Origin: Mobula hypostoma
Lineage: Eukaryota
Length of the DNA: 64,000 nucleotides
Direction: 5' to 3'
Assembly (NCBI RefSeq): GCF_963921235.1
Contig: NC_086119.1
Coordinates: 34,100,001-34,164,000 of the forward strand
The position numbers and the translations under genes are program-made. Numbering within the stretch: position 1 is the stretch's first letter; every line of letters begins with the position of its first letter. Below are positions 48,396 through 61,520 of this stretch, in pieces. A model generated the notes under the pieces. That model searched no databases. It was not told the origin of the DNA and was given only the letters and a program-made list of their open reading frames with translations.

Positions 48396-51300
48396 CTGTT
48401 ATCTATTTATCTAGTAAGTGGATAACCTTTTTTACGCCATGGAGCCTTACCATGAACTGAAAGGTCAATGGATGCCAGGTTAGGAACCCTTCCTTTACAG
48501 GGTTGCTTTATATCTAGCTTTCATGACACGAGTGAAACAGTAAGGCCCATTGTTAGTCCACATAACTCAGTCATAACTGCTTGATGTTCTGAATGCCACT
48601 GAAATACTCCTTAGGTAACAGCTGAGCCCTGGGATTTTCACGATTGCTGTGGCACAAAGTAGAATTTTCTGCAGAATTTCTGAAATATTTTGAAGTAAGA
48701 GAGCCCTGTTATATTTTAAAATCAATCTACACTCATCCAGAGATGTTGTGAAATTACCTCACACCCTCTCTCCTATTGACTAATTCATACTCCACGCCTT
48801 CAAATGAAGGAACCCCTTCAACTTCTTCAATCTTACTTCTCCATCATTCATATTTGTAAAGTCCAAGGTTTTCACCTTCCAGTTGCTGCTTCCTAAACCT
48901 ATCTCATCGTTTTTTTTGTTCAGTTCAGCACTGGTGCCAGTGTATTTTGGGTCTTGGCCTTTTGTCTTGCTTTCTCAAGTGGATTAAAATGAAGCTTCCA
49001 CTGGGAGTCCTGCCAAAACTCAGATAGTAAATAATGGTCATTTCCTTATAATGTTGCCCTGTTTGTTTCTTTATCTCATGAAGCAGCCTCCTACAGGAAG
49101 AAAATAGCTTTCACTTAGTGGACCAGTTGGTGTAGCTAGCGGGAGGTTCGCAATTATTGTCTTTCACCTCTGGAAGCCGAGGGAAAGTGATCAAGGTCTC
49201 ATTTTAGTGATGGCCATTAAGAGTCACAAGTATACCATGTTGACTAAAGGCTCTTTCTGCCTGGTCCCCAGTGGGCAATGTCTGGTCAGCTGCCAAGCAT
49301 TCATGAACAGAGAGCTAAACAATAAAGTTCTACCATGCGGAGAGCTCTCTGCTAGGTAATGGGGAATAAATTCATCTTCTGGCTTTGGATTTGTCGGTTG
49401 CTGGGTAGTGTAATGTTAACATTACTGGAATAAAGTTTGAAAGAGTGGCCCAGTTATCTGAAGGCATAAAATTGAAACTCATCATAACAGTCAGGAAATA
49501 TAATTTCAAGGAGTTAATTGAAGCTTTTTTTTGTTGAAAGCATAAGTTTTTCTGACAGAAGTTAATAATTAAAGCTCATTTGGTTCAGTAATGTGCATTG
49601 GGAGGGGAATTTGCTAGTGTTATGCATTCTGGACAGTGTGTGACTGTGGCCTATCTGGTGTGTATGACCCTCAACTGCACCCTTAGTGTCAGGGCTAATT
49701 CAGGGCGGACAATAAATGCCGACGTTGGCACTAATATCTTCCAAACACATGGAACACGAGGGCCCAGATATGGTGTGGATCTGTAGATGGAACAGACACT
49801 GAAAAGGTGGTGTGGTTACAGACATAGAACACAATGTCAACATAAATACAGAACATGCGGTATGAACACAAACCGGCAGGTCTTAGCAGTTGATCTTTTG
49901 CCCCACCAGCTTCTCCTCACTGCTCCACCTGGCAGTGATCATTCCTTTGGTGCCTCAGATCTGATTTTTCAGTTATTACAATAACTGCCAGGTGCAGACT
50001 TCCAGATTTTAAGATATTTGGCTATTCTGTTAGTCAACTGTTATGAACTGCATCCTCAGTGTTACTGAACGTTGAAAAATACCTCAAATGCTAGAAACCT
50101 GAAGTGAAAATGGAAGGAGCTGGAAACACTCAGCTGGTCATGCAGCATCTGTGGAAGGAGACACAGGGTTAATCATTATGTCACAGATCATCAGTCTCCT
50201 TGCTTATGCTCTGCTTCAGACTAAATTCTGATTTAGTGATACAGGTCTTTGTGTTTGGCAGACCACACCTTGTCCCTGCTCCCCTGTAGTTGCCAGTAAT
50301 GCAAGCGATGAGAGTCACTTCACAAATGCTCTCCAAGAACAGTATTGGAACAGCAGTTAGAGAATAGTGAGATTTCTCCAGAAAGAATGATTTTTCAAAG
50401 AACTACTGGTTAGGATGAGAAGGGACTGGTGAGGACAGAAATGAGTTTACAAACGAATTCTAGTCAGCTTCTGCTGACTAATGATTCTGTTTTGTAATCT
50501 GTCCGTGTGTTCAGAAGGAGGCTTTTCACCAATCTGACATTTTTCCGGAATTTGTAAAAAGGTCACATTTGAGTTACATTACTCTTAAATGGCTTTAAGG
50601 TGAGTCTTTATTTTTCATATTTTAACCTACAAACACAGAGGATCTGTAGTTAATTTCTTTGATGTGTAAAGAGGAAAAGAATCTCATTACAGCCTGGAGG
50701 CACATTGCATGAAACAAAATCATATGACCTTGTAGGCCGAACTGTCACAATTTAATCAAGATTCTTCGTTGAGCTACAAGAAGCAACTTAATTCTCGCAA
50801 CCTTGACTGATGATGATCGCTAAAGTGGTTGTTAATTGGTGAGAATAGCTCTCGTCAATCCTGAAAAGGTCTCCTTGGAGGGATCTGCGTTTCATGTAGT
50901 GAACGTGACAGATTGTCTGCATTTCCATACTGGAACCAGCCCTCACTGTTCTCCACATAATGCACGTTCAGTCTCTGCGGTGGGATTCGAATTTACCCAA
51001 TAAAAAATTAATTATGGGAATGTCAACAAAATATATTGCCTGTCAAAGAGTAATGGGAGGGCAGTAGTTACTGGTGGTGAAATTGAGGAAGGCCACATGG
51101 GACAGTACAGAAAGGTGTACAGCCTCTGGCAGCATTCCTCTGGTTCACAGGGAGTTTAACCTTGGCAAGAACTTGGGAAATTGGTTCCTTTTGAGTAACT
51201 GATAGTATTTGAATTGCAGTGCAAAGCAGGAGGAGGCAGCAAGGAATGTGAGCTTTGTGAAAAGGCAAGGGCTACGGAGCGGAGAATTTTAAATGGAATG

Positions 51301-52950
51301 CATCCAAGTACAACAAAGAACAGTAGTTTGAGGACCTGCTACAAACTATTTAAAGCGAACAGCAGTCCATTCAGCTACGTTGGAGGCTGAGGGCTGAAGT
51401 GCCTCCAAAGAAAGCGGCTTTCTATATTCTGTTGAGTTTAATGTTGTTGCCTGGCCCGTCAGGAGTCATTTTCTGTCAGAAATCCACTGAGCAGTAATAG
51501 TGTCAGAAGCATTACAGCCAAGTAGCAGAGAGCCAAGTCCCACAAACAGTGGCGACATAAATGATAGAAGCATCTGCTTTAATAGTTAGTCAAGGGTTAG
51601 GTGATGGCCAGAATGCAAGGGAAAACCTTCACCCTGCTCTGTGGGGTTTTGAGGTCCACCTGAGAGAGCAGTTGTGGTTATGATTTAGAATCGCATCTAA
51701 AAGGCAATAGTTCAAAATTTCCTCAACCCTACATTGAACTGCTTATGTCCATGTAGGGCTTAAACCTAGGAGCTTTGACTCAAAGAGAGCAGCTGGAGGG
51801 CCAAGGTAAACTAAATGTACATTGTTTTCCTCATTTATCTTTACTAATATTTTTCTTGTGCAGAACATGGAATGTAGCCAATGCACAGTATTCCTATGTT
51901 TCTGTGCATTCGAAGCCTTTATAAAGAGAATCACAGAGCCAGCAAGTATTTTGTTGTTATTCCACTGCAGAGCTCTAAAGGATATTTGAAAAAAAGGTTG
52001 CTATTTTCAGCGCTGCTCACGTTTCTGTTCACTCTGAGTTTCCAGCTAAAAGTGTAGGATCCCTGAATTATTTATTTAAATCTCGGCTTTTGTACGGATA
52101 AATTGTTCCTTTCACACTAAAATAAAATAATTGCCCAAGGAGTGGATACTGGTGCAGTGTTTACCTTTCCTTCAAAAGTTAAAAGCTCAAAGTAAATTTA
52201 TTATCAAAGTAGATAGCTGCATCATATACAACCCTGAGATTCAGTGTCTTGTGGGCATACATGGTGAATCCGAGAAACTCAGGAGAATCAATGAAAGACC
52301 ACAACACACCCAATAGATTGGACAAGCAACCAATATGCAACAGATAAGTGTCCAAATACAAAAGAGAAAATAATAATAACAACAAATAAATAAGCAATAA
52401 ATATCAAGAACATGAGATGAAGAGTCTTAGAATCTATGGGTTGTGGGAACAGTTCAATGATGGGGTGAGTGAAGTTTCCAAGATGCTGCGGGTGAGCCAT
52501 GCGACATGTTACGGGTTGCTTACAAAGCTTCACCTTCTTCTGTTTGTAAAGATTTGCCATGTGACCAGGTGGGGGATTTACATATGACTGAACTCTGCCA
52601 CCCTTCCTCCAACCCAGGAATTCCTTAACCATCACCCAAAAGCCTCCCATGGGAGGAGCAATTGAAAATCCCCAGTGACATTTGTGCAGCCGTTGACTTA
52701 TAAGTCTGTGCTGAGAGGAAACAGACTTGGCTCCCACTCAAGTGTCGTCAAGTCACGTTCATCGTGGTTAGTCCATCACTCCAGTTTAGTGCATTTCTTC
52801 CAGCTGTAGATCTACTTTTGCTCAGATCTGAAAAAGATGCAAAATAAAGACAATTAATCAGAGCCTTTTATTTTGAAAAGAATGGACCTGTGGAAAGCCA
52901 AAAGTTAAAAAACAAAGACTTGTTTTCACCCATTTTGCAGTGGCAGTCTG

Positions 52951-53192
52951 TGTCATGTTTTGAACCTCCGAAAGCTAATCAAAAGAAAAATGCAGGAGCT
53001 GGGAGATGCATGTCTACTTCATTTTACTTCAGTGAGGCACTCACTTTTGACCTGGTTGTGTTATATTGTATGCCATTCACGTATTTCTTTCATATAACAC
53101 ATAATGAATTAAGTAACCAAACAAAGAATGCTTAATCAAACAATATGTTTACAATATTATTCAAATATTATTGAAATATTAAATGCACAACA
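52951..53192 (-). repeat. 3' LTR of the Gypsy element
   Basis: Minus strand starts TGTTG and ends TGACA. A polypurine tract gcagggaggag (53193-53203) immediately precedes it. Confidence 0.75.
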
Positions 53193-55530
53193 CTCCTCCC
53201 TGCTTAGCTATAAACTCCAACTCTATATGGAAAGCGTCTCAACTATGTACACAGTGTACTATATAATACAGGCATAGTAAATTTCAAATTGTCTCGTTCA
53301 GGCCTAAAGACTTCATCACTGTGGAGGATTTCTTACCCTTGTGGGATAACTTCTTTCCTGATGAGGTGAGGGGTCACTCTGTTGGGCAGGTGAGAATTGC
53401 GGCTTCGAAACAATCTCAGGTTCTGTGGCCTCCTCTGTAGTGGTTGTAGGTGTTGATTATGGGTCTGCAGGAAACTCTGGACATGTTTCTTCTGGACACG
53501 TTGGCATCCCAGACAGTGCATGGCAAACCGTTCGATCTGCCGATCTATCCCAAGCCACCAGCCAAAGGTTCAAGCCAACGCTTTCACTTCGAGCACGCAT
53601 GTAGCCTCTCCAACGTTTCAGTTCTCAGCTTGGATGATCCAACTCACAATCCGCACATAAGGCAACCTCTGTCAAGGTCACGTTCAGGTTGGCGCTAGTA
53701 AAAATGAGGGAACCAGAACTTCTACTACACATTCCAACTATTTCAGGACAGTTTAGAGTCTTCTCTGGCTTCCTTTTGGATCATCTGTGCCGTAATAAGG
53801 AGACTTTCAATTTGCATTAGGGAGAATACATCAAGAGGAGTGTCCTCTTGTGTAATTATTTTCAGTATTTCCTTTTCCAAGAGTAAACAGGACAATCCAT
53901 CAGCATTTCCATGATTTGTCGTCCCCTTGAATTTGATCTTTTAATTGCGTCATGCAGGAAACAGAGCGCATCTCTGCAGTTGTGGTGCTGTTGTTAGTGG
54001 AACTGCCTTCTGTGGATTGAAAATGGACACAAGTGGTTGATGATCACTAATGAGGTTAAACTCTCTCCAAACACCCCAAACCAGATTCAAGGCCTCTCTG
54101 TCAATCATTGTGTAATGTTTCTCTGCAGTGGTAAGGGAACATGATGTAAAGGCTATGGGGCATTCACTTCCATCACTCATAACGTGTGATGTGACTGCAT
54201 TGATGCCAAAAGGTAAGGCATCACGGCCGTGCTTCACTGAACAATGTGGATCATAATGTGAGAGAATAGTGTCTGGCGTCACCATTTCTTTTGGCTTTTG
54301 GAATGATACCTCATACTACTCTGACCATTGCCATTTCTTCCCGATCTGTGGTAATGAGTTCAAGGGTTGGAGCACAGTAGAAAGGTTTGACAGAAACCTG
54401 CTCGAGTAATTGACAAATCCTAAAAAGGGCCAAAACTGTGATACATCCTTTTGCCTTGGGACATCCACCACTGCTGGAATTTACTCAGCACACTTATATG
54501 ATTCTTGTGCATCAATAGTGTGACCACAGTAAGAATTCAGTCTTGTCGTATAGTGTTCTGAGGCCATAAAAATAAAGCCTACTTCAAAAAATAAGCCTAT
54601 AATAGCCATAAAGTACTTTGTGAATGTTTACGGTAGGAAGCACTTTGGACTCTTCTTCCATCTCCATCTGTAGGTAGGCCTGAGTCAAGTCTACTTTGCT
54701 GAAATGTTTTCCTTCAGAAAGGTTTGCAAAGGTATCCTCTATCATGGGAAGCAGGTATTGATCTACTTTCAGTACTAGGTTGGTGGCGAGCTTAAAATCA
54801 CCACAGACCCATTCTTCTTGGCTACTGGGACCACAGGCATTGCCCATCGGCTCCACTCAGTCTTGGAAATAATTCCTTCAGCCTCCATGTGATCCAGCTC
54901 ACTGGCTACTTTATCACAGGTGGTATAAGGAACTGCTGGGCTCTGTAAAACTTGGCTGTGGCATTTTCCTTTAACACTATTTTACCCTTGATATGTTTGA
55001 GTTTTCCAGTGCCACCATTGAACACTGCTGTGGTATCATCCAGTACTTTTCTTAATTTGCTTTCAGATGACTCTATTGCAGGGGCTGTAGCATGCAAATG
55101 GTGGATGGATCTCTAATCATGTTGTAGTTGTCTCAGCTACTCAAGACCCCACAATGCTGAATCTCCTGTTTTGATCACATACAAGCCCTATGTGGCTTGG
55201 TTATTGTATTTCACTGTTACAAATGTCATTCCTCAGGAGTGATCTTTTCTCCAGTATAAATTCCTAGTTGGATATCTACAGGTTTCAGTTCAGTATCTTT
55301 GAAATGTCATTCAAACTCATTTGTGAAATGGTTGGGGCAGTTAAACCCCTAAGCAGACTGTATGCTTTTCCATCTATTACCCTCAGCAAGACTGGCACGC
55401 GCTTTTCATTGGCTGTTTCATTTGCTTCAAAATGCTGCTCAATTTGTTCACTGTACGTCACCCAGTTATCTGTTGTGCAGTCAAATGCGTCTATATTTCC
55501 GCTGTATTCTGCCATTTCTTTCTTTTTTTC
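52951..55530 (-). mobile_element. Internally deleted Ty3/Gypsy LTR retrotransposon
   Basis: gag start MAEYSGNIDAFD...EQIEQHFEAN. RT FSKVDLTQAYLQM. RNase H PIAFTSCSLTTAEKHY...DREAL...SDHQPL. Integrase Zn finger remnant WWLGIDRQIERFAMHCLGCQ. No 5' LTR seen. Confidence 0.9.
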
Positions 55531-55534
55531 TTTC

Positions 55535-55830
55535 CTCTCTTCCCCCTCCCCTCCACTCTCCCCCTCTCCCCCTTGCCCCCTTTCCTCCCTTTCTTTCCTC
55601 TCTCCTCCTTCTGCCCCCTCTCTTCCCACCACTCCCCACCTTCTCCCTCCCCCTATCATCTTCAACTTGTACTCCTTCCCCACCCTTTTTTTCTGCCCCC
55701 CCCACCACAACCTTCCTTTCCAGTCCTGATGAAGGTTCTTGGCCTAAAATACCAACTGCTTATTTTCTTCCATAGATGCTGCCTGACCCGCTGATTCCAA
55801 CAGCATTTTGAGTGTGTTGCTCTAGAAATG
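55535..55830 (+). mobile_element. PLE 3' UTR fragment, decayed hammerhead
   Basis: Pyrimidine tract, then cagtcctgatgaaggttcttggcctaaaat and catagatgctgcctgacc. Confidence 0.75.
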
Positions 55831-56469
55831 CAGTAAATTATTCATCATGGCTGAAAGTGTGCAATTATGCTTGTTACAATTAAGCTGCACAAGGCGTTCT
55901 ACTGCACTCTAATGACATTATATAAATACAAGTTGTCATCATCGTCGTTGACATCATCTCTGACCTTGTGACCACTTTTGATGGTACTTACAGCATTTCT
56001 TTTGCCAGTCAAGATAGTGAAGTGTGTCTCTCCTTAACTCCAGTAAGCAATAAGGTCTGTGAAGAACTTGATCTTTTTTGCTGATGCTCACAGCATCACT
56101 CCTTCAACAGACTGCACTTGCAAAGTGCGAGGACTGTGAATACCAGTCAAAGTGGTTTTCACACGTATTCTCATGACAAAAACTTTTATTAAAATCTCCA
56201 CAAGGCACATGGAGTTGTGAGTCAATATGAACTGTGAAGGTAAGAGCAAAAATTATGCAAATTCTGTTGGCCACGTTTTCCTCTGTTTGAGTATTAATCA
56301 ACATAGCGATCCACTTTTAATTAATTCATGAAAGAGAGCAGATTGTTCTTTTGGTAATGCAAAGGCCCATGGATATTCCTTGTTCTAGATGTTGCCATTG
56401 TGGAGATTATCCTGCTGTGAGTTTGCATAGAACTAATTCTATAAGCCTGCAGTTGGTAAGACCACATCA

Positions 56470-56760
56470 TTATTGATTGATTGATTGAGATACAGCGCGA
56501 AACAAGCCCTTTTGGACCTTCGAGCTGTGCTACCTAGCAATCCCCCAATTTAACCCTAGCCTAATCATGGGACAATTTATAATGACCAATTAACCTAACA
56601 AACGGTATGTCTTTAGACAGTGGGAGGAAACTGGAGCACCCTGAGGAAACCCAACGTGGTCACAGGAAGAACATACACAGTCCTTTCAGGCAGCAGTGGG
56701 AATTGAACCCAGGTCTCCCATACTGTAGAGCATTGTGCTAGCCACTACACTACCATGCCT
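56470..56760 (-). mobile_element. Full-length HE1-type SINE
   Basis: Minus strand has A-box-like ggcatggtagtgtagtggctagc, B-box gggttcaattccc, V-domain and (tcaa)n tail. Confidence 0.88.
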
Positions 56761-57637
56761 CCCCATTTTGATAATATCAGATGCCAGGAATCTCATGTGC
56801 ATGTAATTGCTTAAAAAAAAATAAAGCTGAAAAAAAATGTAGTAATAATTTAATATAAGGAAAAGGTCAGGTAGACCTGAACGAAATTGAAATGAAAGTA
56901 CGTTCCTCACAATCCACAGTAAGTACATACAGTACCTTGACCCCATTTCAAGTTCTTAAGCATAATAGCTGGAAAAAGCAAGTGTAATTCAAATCGTGAT
57001 CCAGGTAGGGATCTCAGTAGTTCATTACTATTAGTCATAAAATTTACTAACCCATGATTAGTGGTCAGTTGTTGATTACAGCTAATGCTGCAGTGCATGG
57101 TTCTGGAACCAAAGTAGTTCCCAGGGAATTTTACAATGATAGCTATCCAATCAGGAAAATGCAGCTTTTAACAAAATTGGATGTGACTAAGGAATGAGCA
57201 ACTCCATTATTATTAAGTGTACTGATATTTGCCTTCTCTCTCTTCCCCGCCCAATTAAATTGGAGGGGGGATTGCTGGATGTGCAAGAGAGAATGGATAT
57301 CAAAGGAATAAGTGTGACACAGCGAAGCTCTTGGGAACTGACATTGACTCAACAGGCTCAATTGTCATGTTGTGAGAAAATATTGAAACAAAAATTAGAT
57401 GCATCTGGAAAATACAATGGGAAATGGTAATTTTTCCTGTAATATACCAGAGCCACATAAGTTCAAGGAGAACATGCTCAGTAATTTCCTCCGCAATAAT
57501 CAGAAGTTGTTTCACAAGAAGGCTAACATGCATCGCAGTCATACAGGGAAGGCAGCTGGCTTCCCTCTGACTAACCAGTCATGTGAAAGTGTCAGAGGAA
57601 ATACAAGAAGGGTCTTCAATCCTACCTGATCTCAGGA

Positions 57638-57729
57638 CAGGAGTCGGCAAACTTTTTGCCTCTGTGGGCTCGATCGTGTATTAATGAGCGGACGGTGGTC
57701 CAGATAAATGCCATATAAAACTTGAAATA
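57638..57729 (+). mobile_element. Left end of a hAT/Charlie-like MITE, interrupted by the LINE
   Basis: caggagtcggcaaactttttg is a typical Charlie-type terminus. Confidence 0.5.
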
Positions 57730-59208
57730 GTCATAGTCATACTTTATTGATCTCAGGGGGAAATTGGTTTTCGTTACAGTTGCACCATAAATAATAAATA
57801 GTCATAGAACCATAAATAGTTAAATAGTAATATGTAAATCATGCCAGTAAATTATGAAATAAGTCCAGGACCAGCCTATCGGCACAGGGTGTCTGACCCT
57901 CCAAAGGAGGAGTTGTAAAGTTTGATGGCCACAGGCAGGAATGGCATCCTATGACGCTCTGTGCTGCATCTTGGAGGAATGAGTCTCTGGCTGAATGTAC
58001 TCCTGTGCCCACCCCGTACATTATGTAGTGGATGGGAGACATTGACCAAGATGGCATGCAACTTAGACAGCATCCTCTTTTCAGACACCACCGTGAGAGA
58101 GTCCAGTTCCATCCCCACAACATCACTAGCCTTATGAATAAGTTTGTTGATTCTGTTAGTGTCTGCTACCCTCAGCCTGCTGCCCCAGCACACAACAGCA
58201 AACATAATAGCACTGGCCACCACAGACTCGTAGAACATCCTCAGCATCGTCCGGCAGATGTTAAAGGACCTCAGTCTCCTCAGGAAGTAGAGGCGGCTCT
58301 GACCCTTCTTGTAGACAGCCTCAGTGTTCTTTGACCAGTCCAGTTTATTGTCAATTCGTATCCCCAGGTATTTGTAATCCTCCACCATGTCCACACTGAT
58401 CCCCTGGATGGAAACAGGGGTCACCGGTACCTTAGCTCTCCTCAGGTCTACCACCAGCTCCTTAGTCTTCACATTAAGCTGCAGATAATTCTGCTCACAC
58501 CATGTGACAAAGTTTCCTACAGTAGCCCTGTACTCAGCCTCATCTCCCTTGCTGATGCATCCAACTATGGCAGAGTCATCCGAAAACTTCTGAAGATGAC
58601 AAGACTCTGTGCAGTAGTTGAAGTCCGAGGTGTAAATGGTGAAGAGAAAGGGAGATAAGACAGTCCCCTGTGGAGCCCCAGTGCTGATGATCACTCTGTC
58701 GGACACACAGTGTTGCAAGCACACGTACTGTGGTCTGCCAGTCAGGTAATCAAGAATTCATGATACCAGGGAAGCATCCACCTGCATCGCTGTCAGCTTC
58801 TCCCCCAGCAGAGCAGGGCGGATGGTGTTGAACGCACTGGAGAAGTCAAAAAACATGACCCTCACAGTTCTCGCTGGCTTGTCCAGGTGGGCGTAGACAT
58901 GGTTCAGCAGGTAGACGATGGCATCCTCAACTCCTAGTCGGGGCTGGTAGGTGAACTGGAGGGGATCTAAGTGTGGCCTGACCATAGGCCAGAGCAGCTC
59001 CAGAATAAGTCTCTCCAGGGTCTTCATGATATGGGAGGTCAATGCCACCGGTCTGTAGTCATTGAGGCCGCTGGGGCGCGACGTCTTTGGCACAGGGACG
59101 AGGCAGGACGTTTTACACAGTACAGGAACCCTCCGGAGCCTCAGGCTCAGGTTGAATACATGGTGAAGTCCTCCACATAGCTGAGGGGCACAGGCTTTGA
59201 GCACCCTG
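57730..59208 (-). mobile_element. Rex1/Babar-clade LINE, 5' truncated, fairly young
   Basis: RT motifs NDYRPVALTS, FFDFSSAFNTI, GAPQGTVLSPFLF and KFSDD (ORFs 58758-59231 and 57876-58724). AATAAA plus (atgact)n tail. Confidence 0.92.
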
Positions 59209-60723
59209 CTCAAAGGGTGGGAATTATCCATTTCAATACATCTAGTTTGGCTCAGATTAATGAATAACGCATGCTAGAAAATCATTTGTGCTTAAGTTTG
59301 CCTACCCCTGTCTCAGGAAGTATTAGATGCCAGTATACACTGAGGCTGCAGTCATCTGCTTAAAGAGGGAAAAGCTGTGATGAGATCCTCACTCACTTCA
59401 CAAATTCCCAATTATGAATTTTGTTTACATAAATGATCAGAACAATACCTTCACACACTTCTGTCTTTTTCACTGTCAGGCTTTTACTCTGTCTTCCCAC
59501 ACTGCAATGATTTTCCAGCCCATGTTATAAAACATGAGATTACTAATCCAAAAGAATGGTTTGTTTTCTTGGGAGGACCAGCTGGTAGTAGTCCTGTGTC
59601 AGCTGCCATCCAGTGGTGAATCCATCTCTATAGAGAAGCTATCTCCATAGAGATGGAAGTCTATTCAAAATGCTGAAAATATACCAGGACTCAAGACCAG
59701 ACTACTTAGGTTTTGTTCATTGGCTGAATCTAGTATCCTTCATTTATAACCTGATTGGAAATAAATGCAAGGATGGAATAAATCTTTATGTTGTTTTAAC
59801 TGACAACTATCATTAATAATTTCTAACCTAGTTGAGCAATCCCTTTATGTTTGGGATTGCGAGCAAGAATCCTAACCCTGATACCATTACAGATGGTGAA
59901 GAGAGTTTCTTACTTCAATCTCTTGGGTTGGGAATTGTCCTAAGTATCTGAGGGGAGTTTGAGAATCTGTATATTTCATGTCAGAATGATGTAACTGCCA
60001 CCACACTATTTGTGCTTAATAATAATAAAAAAAGAAAATTTCAAAGGACTGAAAATAAATCAATGGTGATAATTCAGCATTTCTGGTTTATTTCTTAATT
60101 ACAATCTAGTTAAGTCAACATAATAGAAAGCTGTCATTTTTTAAAATGCTAGTGCTTGTTTCAGCTTTACCCCTGAGCAAACTTGATATTTTATTCTGTT
60201 TTTAGTATTACAGAAAAACCTCGAGGGAAATTAGATCATATTTATAATATTCTTTTCATTTACTGGGTTGCCATTGATCCCATTAACTTTCTGTCTCGAT
60301 CTGAACAACTGGGAATACAAAAGAGGTCCTGGCCTGCCTGCTGTTTATTTTGAGCCTTTAAGTGACAGGGTGCAGTTTGTCCTTCCAGGACAAATGTTTG
60401 GCTATTAAACAGACACTAGTCTATATCAAATGTGAATGCTGCACACACTAGATGTTTGTTGTTGGCAGAGAGACACGTGTTGCCCCATCTGTCCTTTAAA
60501 GCTGGCAAAGTCATCTTGCTAACCTTTCACCTGTGGCCACCCACAGTAATTTTTGGGTCATTTACTGCATAAACAGAATCAATATGTGAAATATAAAAAT
60601 TGGATGATAAATTAGCTTTAAAATCCTTTTTGGAATACTATTGATACCACCCCTATGACCGATTCCCAACCAGTGAATTATTTTTGTGTAAAGTGAAGTG
60701 TAAAGAAAGGAATTAGAGATAAA

Positions 60724-61520
60724 AACATAAGAAATGGGAGAGGAGTTGGCCATGTGATCCCCTGAGTTAGCTCTTCAGCATCCAATGACTGATCCTGTGC
60801 TTCCGAAACACTTTCAAACTTGATAGTATTGTTTGATTTTCTTGGCGTCCAAAAATGTACCAATTTCAGTCTGAATAAATTTCCTGATTAATGTTCACAA
60901 ATCTTCAGGTAGCTAATCCCAACAATACTCCCTGAGTAAAGAGATTACTCCTCATTTCAGTTTTAAGTGGCACCTCCTTATCCTAGTACAGTGTCTTGAT
61001 TTCTGAACTCTTTGGACTGAAGAAATAGCCTCTCAAAATTTGACCTGTCAATCTCCTTCACAATATTGTATGTATCATTCTCCTAACCTCCTGTGAGTAT
61101 AGACCAGTCTTGCAATCTCTCCTTGTAGCACAACACCTTCGTCTCTGGAAGCAACCTAGTGAACCTACACCATTCCTGCTAAGGAAGCTATATCTTTCAG
61201 TACTGAATCTGAAAACGCACAGACACACACTTTGATCTGAGCAGATCCTCCAGAATCTCAGTGAGACTTCCTTACATTAACACTCCAAACACCTTGCAAT
61301 AAAGGATAACAACGAGTTGGCTTCCTACTTGAGCTCTCTAGATACAGGTTTAATTCTGTACTTCATGAACATCAACACCTCTCCGTACATCAACACCTCT
61401 CTGTACATCAACATGTGCTGGTTTTCAGTGCTTAAAAAAGTCTGCCTTTCTGCTCCTCCAACCAAATATTGCTTTATCTCACGTGATGCTCATCCCACGT
61501 CTTCATGCTCATTCTCTCAA
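60724..61520 (-). mobile_element. Degenerate CR1 fragment
   Basis: aacataagaaatgggagaggagttggccat...ctcctcatttcagttttaagtggc...aacctagtgaaccta. Confidence 0.65.

Noticed and set aside
55268-55794. Low-complexity ORFs (Pro/Ser- or Gly/Glu-rich)
   Set aside because: Read-through of a polypyrimidine PLE UTR abutting the Gypsy gag start.
16570-56760. tRNA-like A/B boxes
   Set aside because: They are SINE heads; no complete cloverleaf, so no tRNA gene is called.
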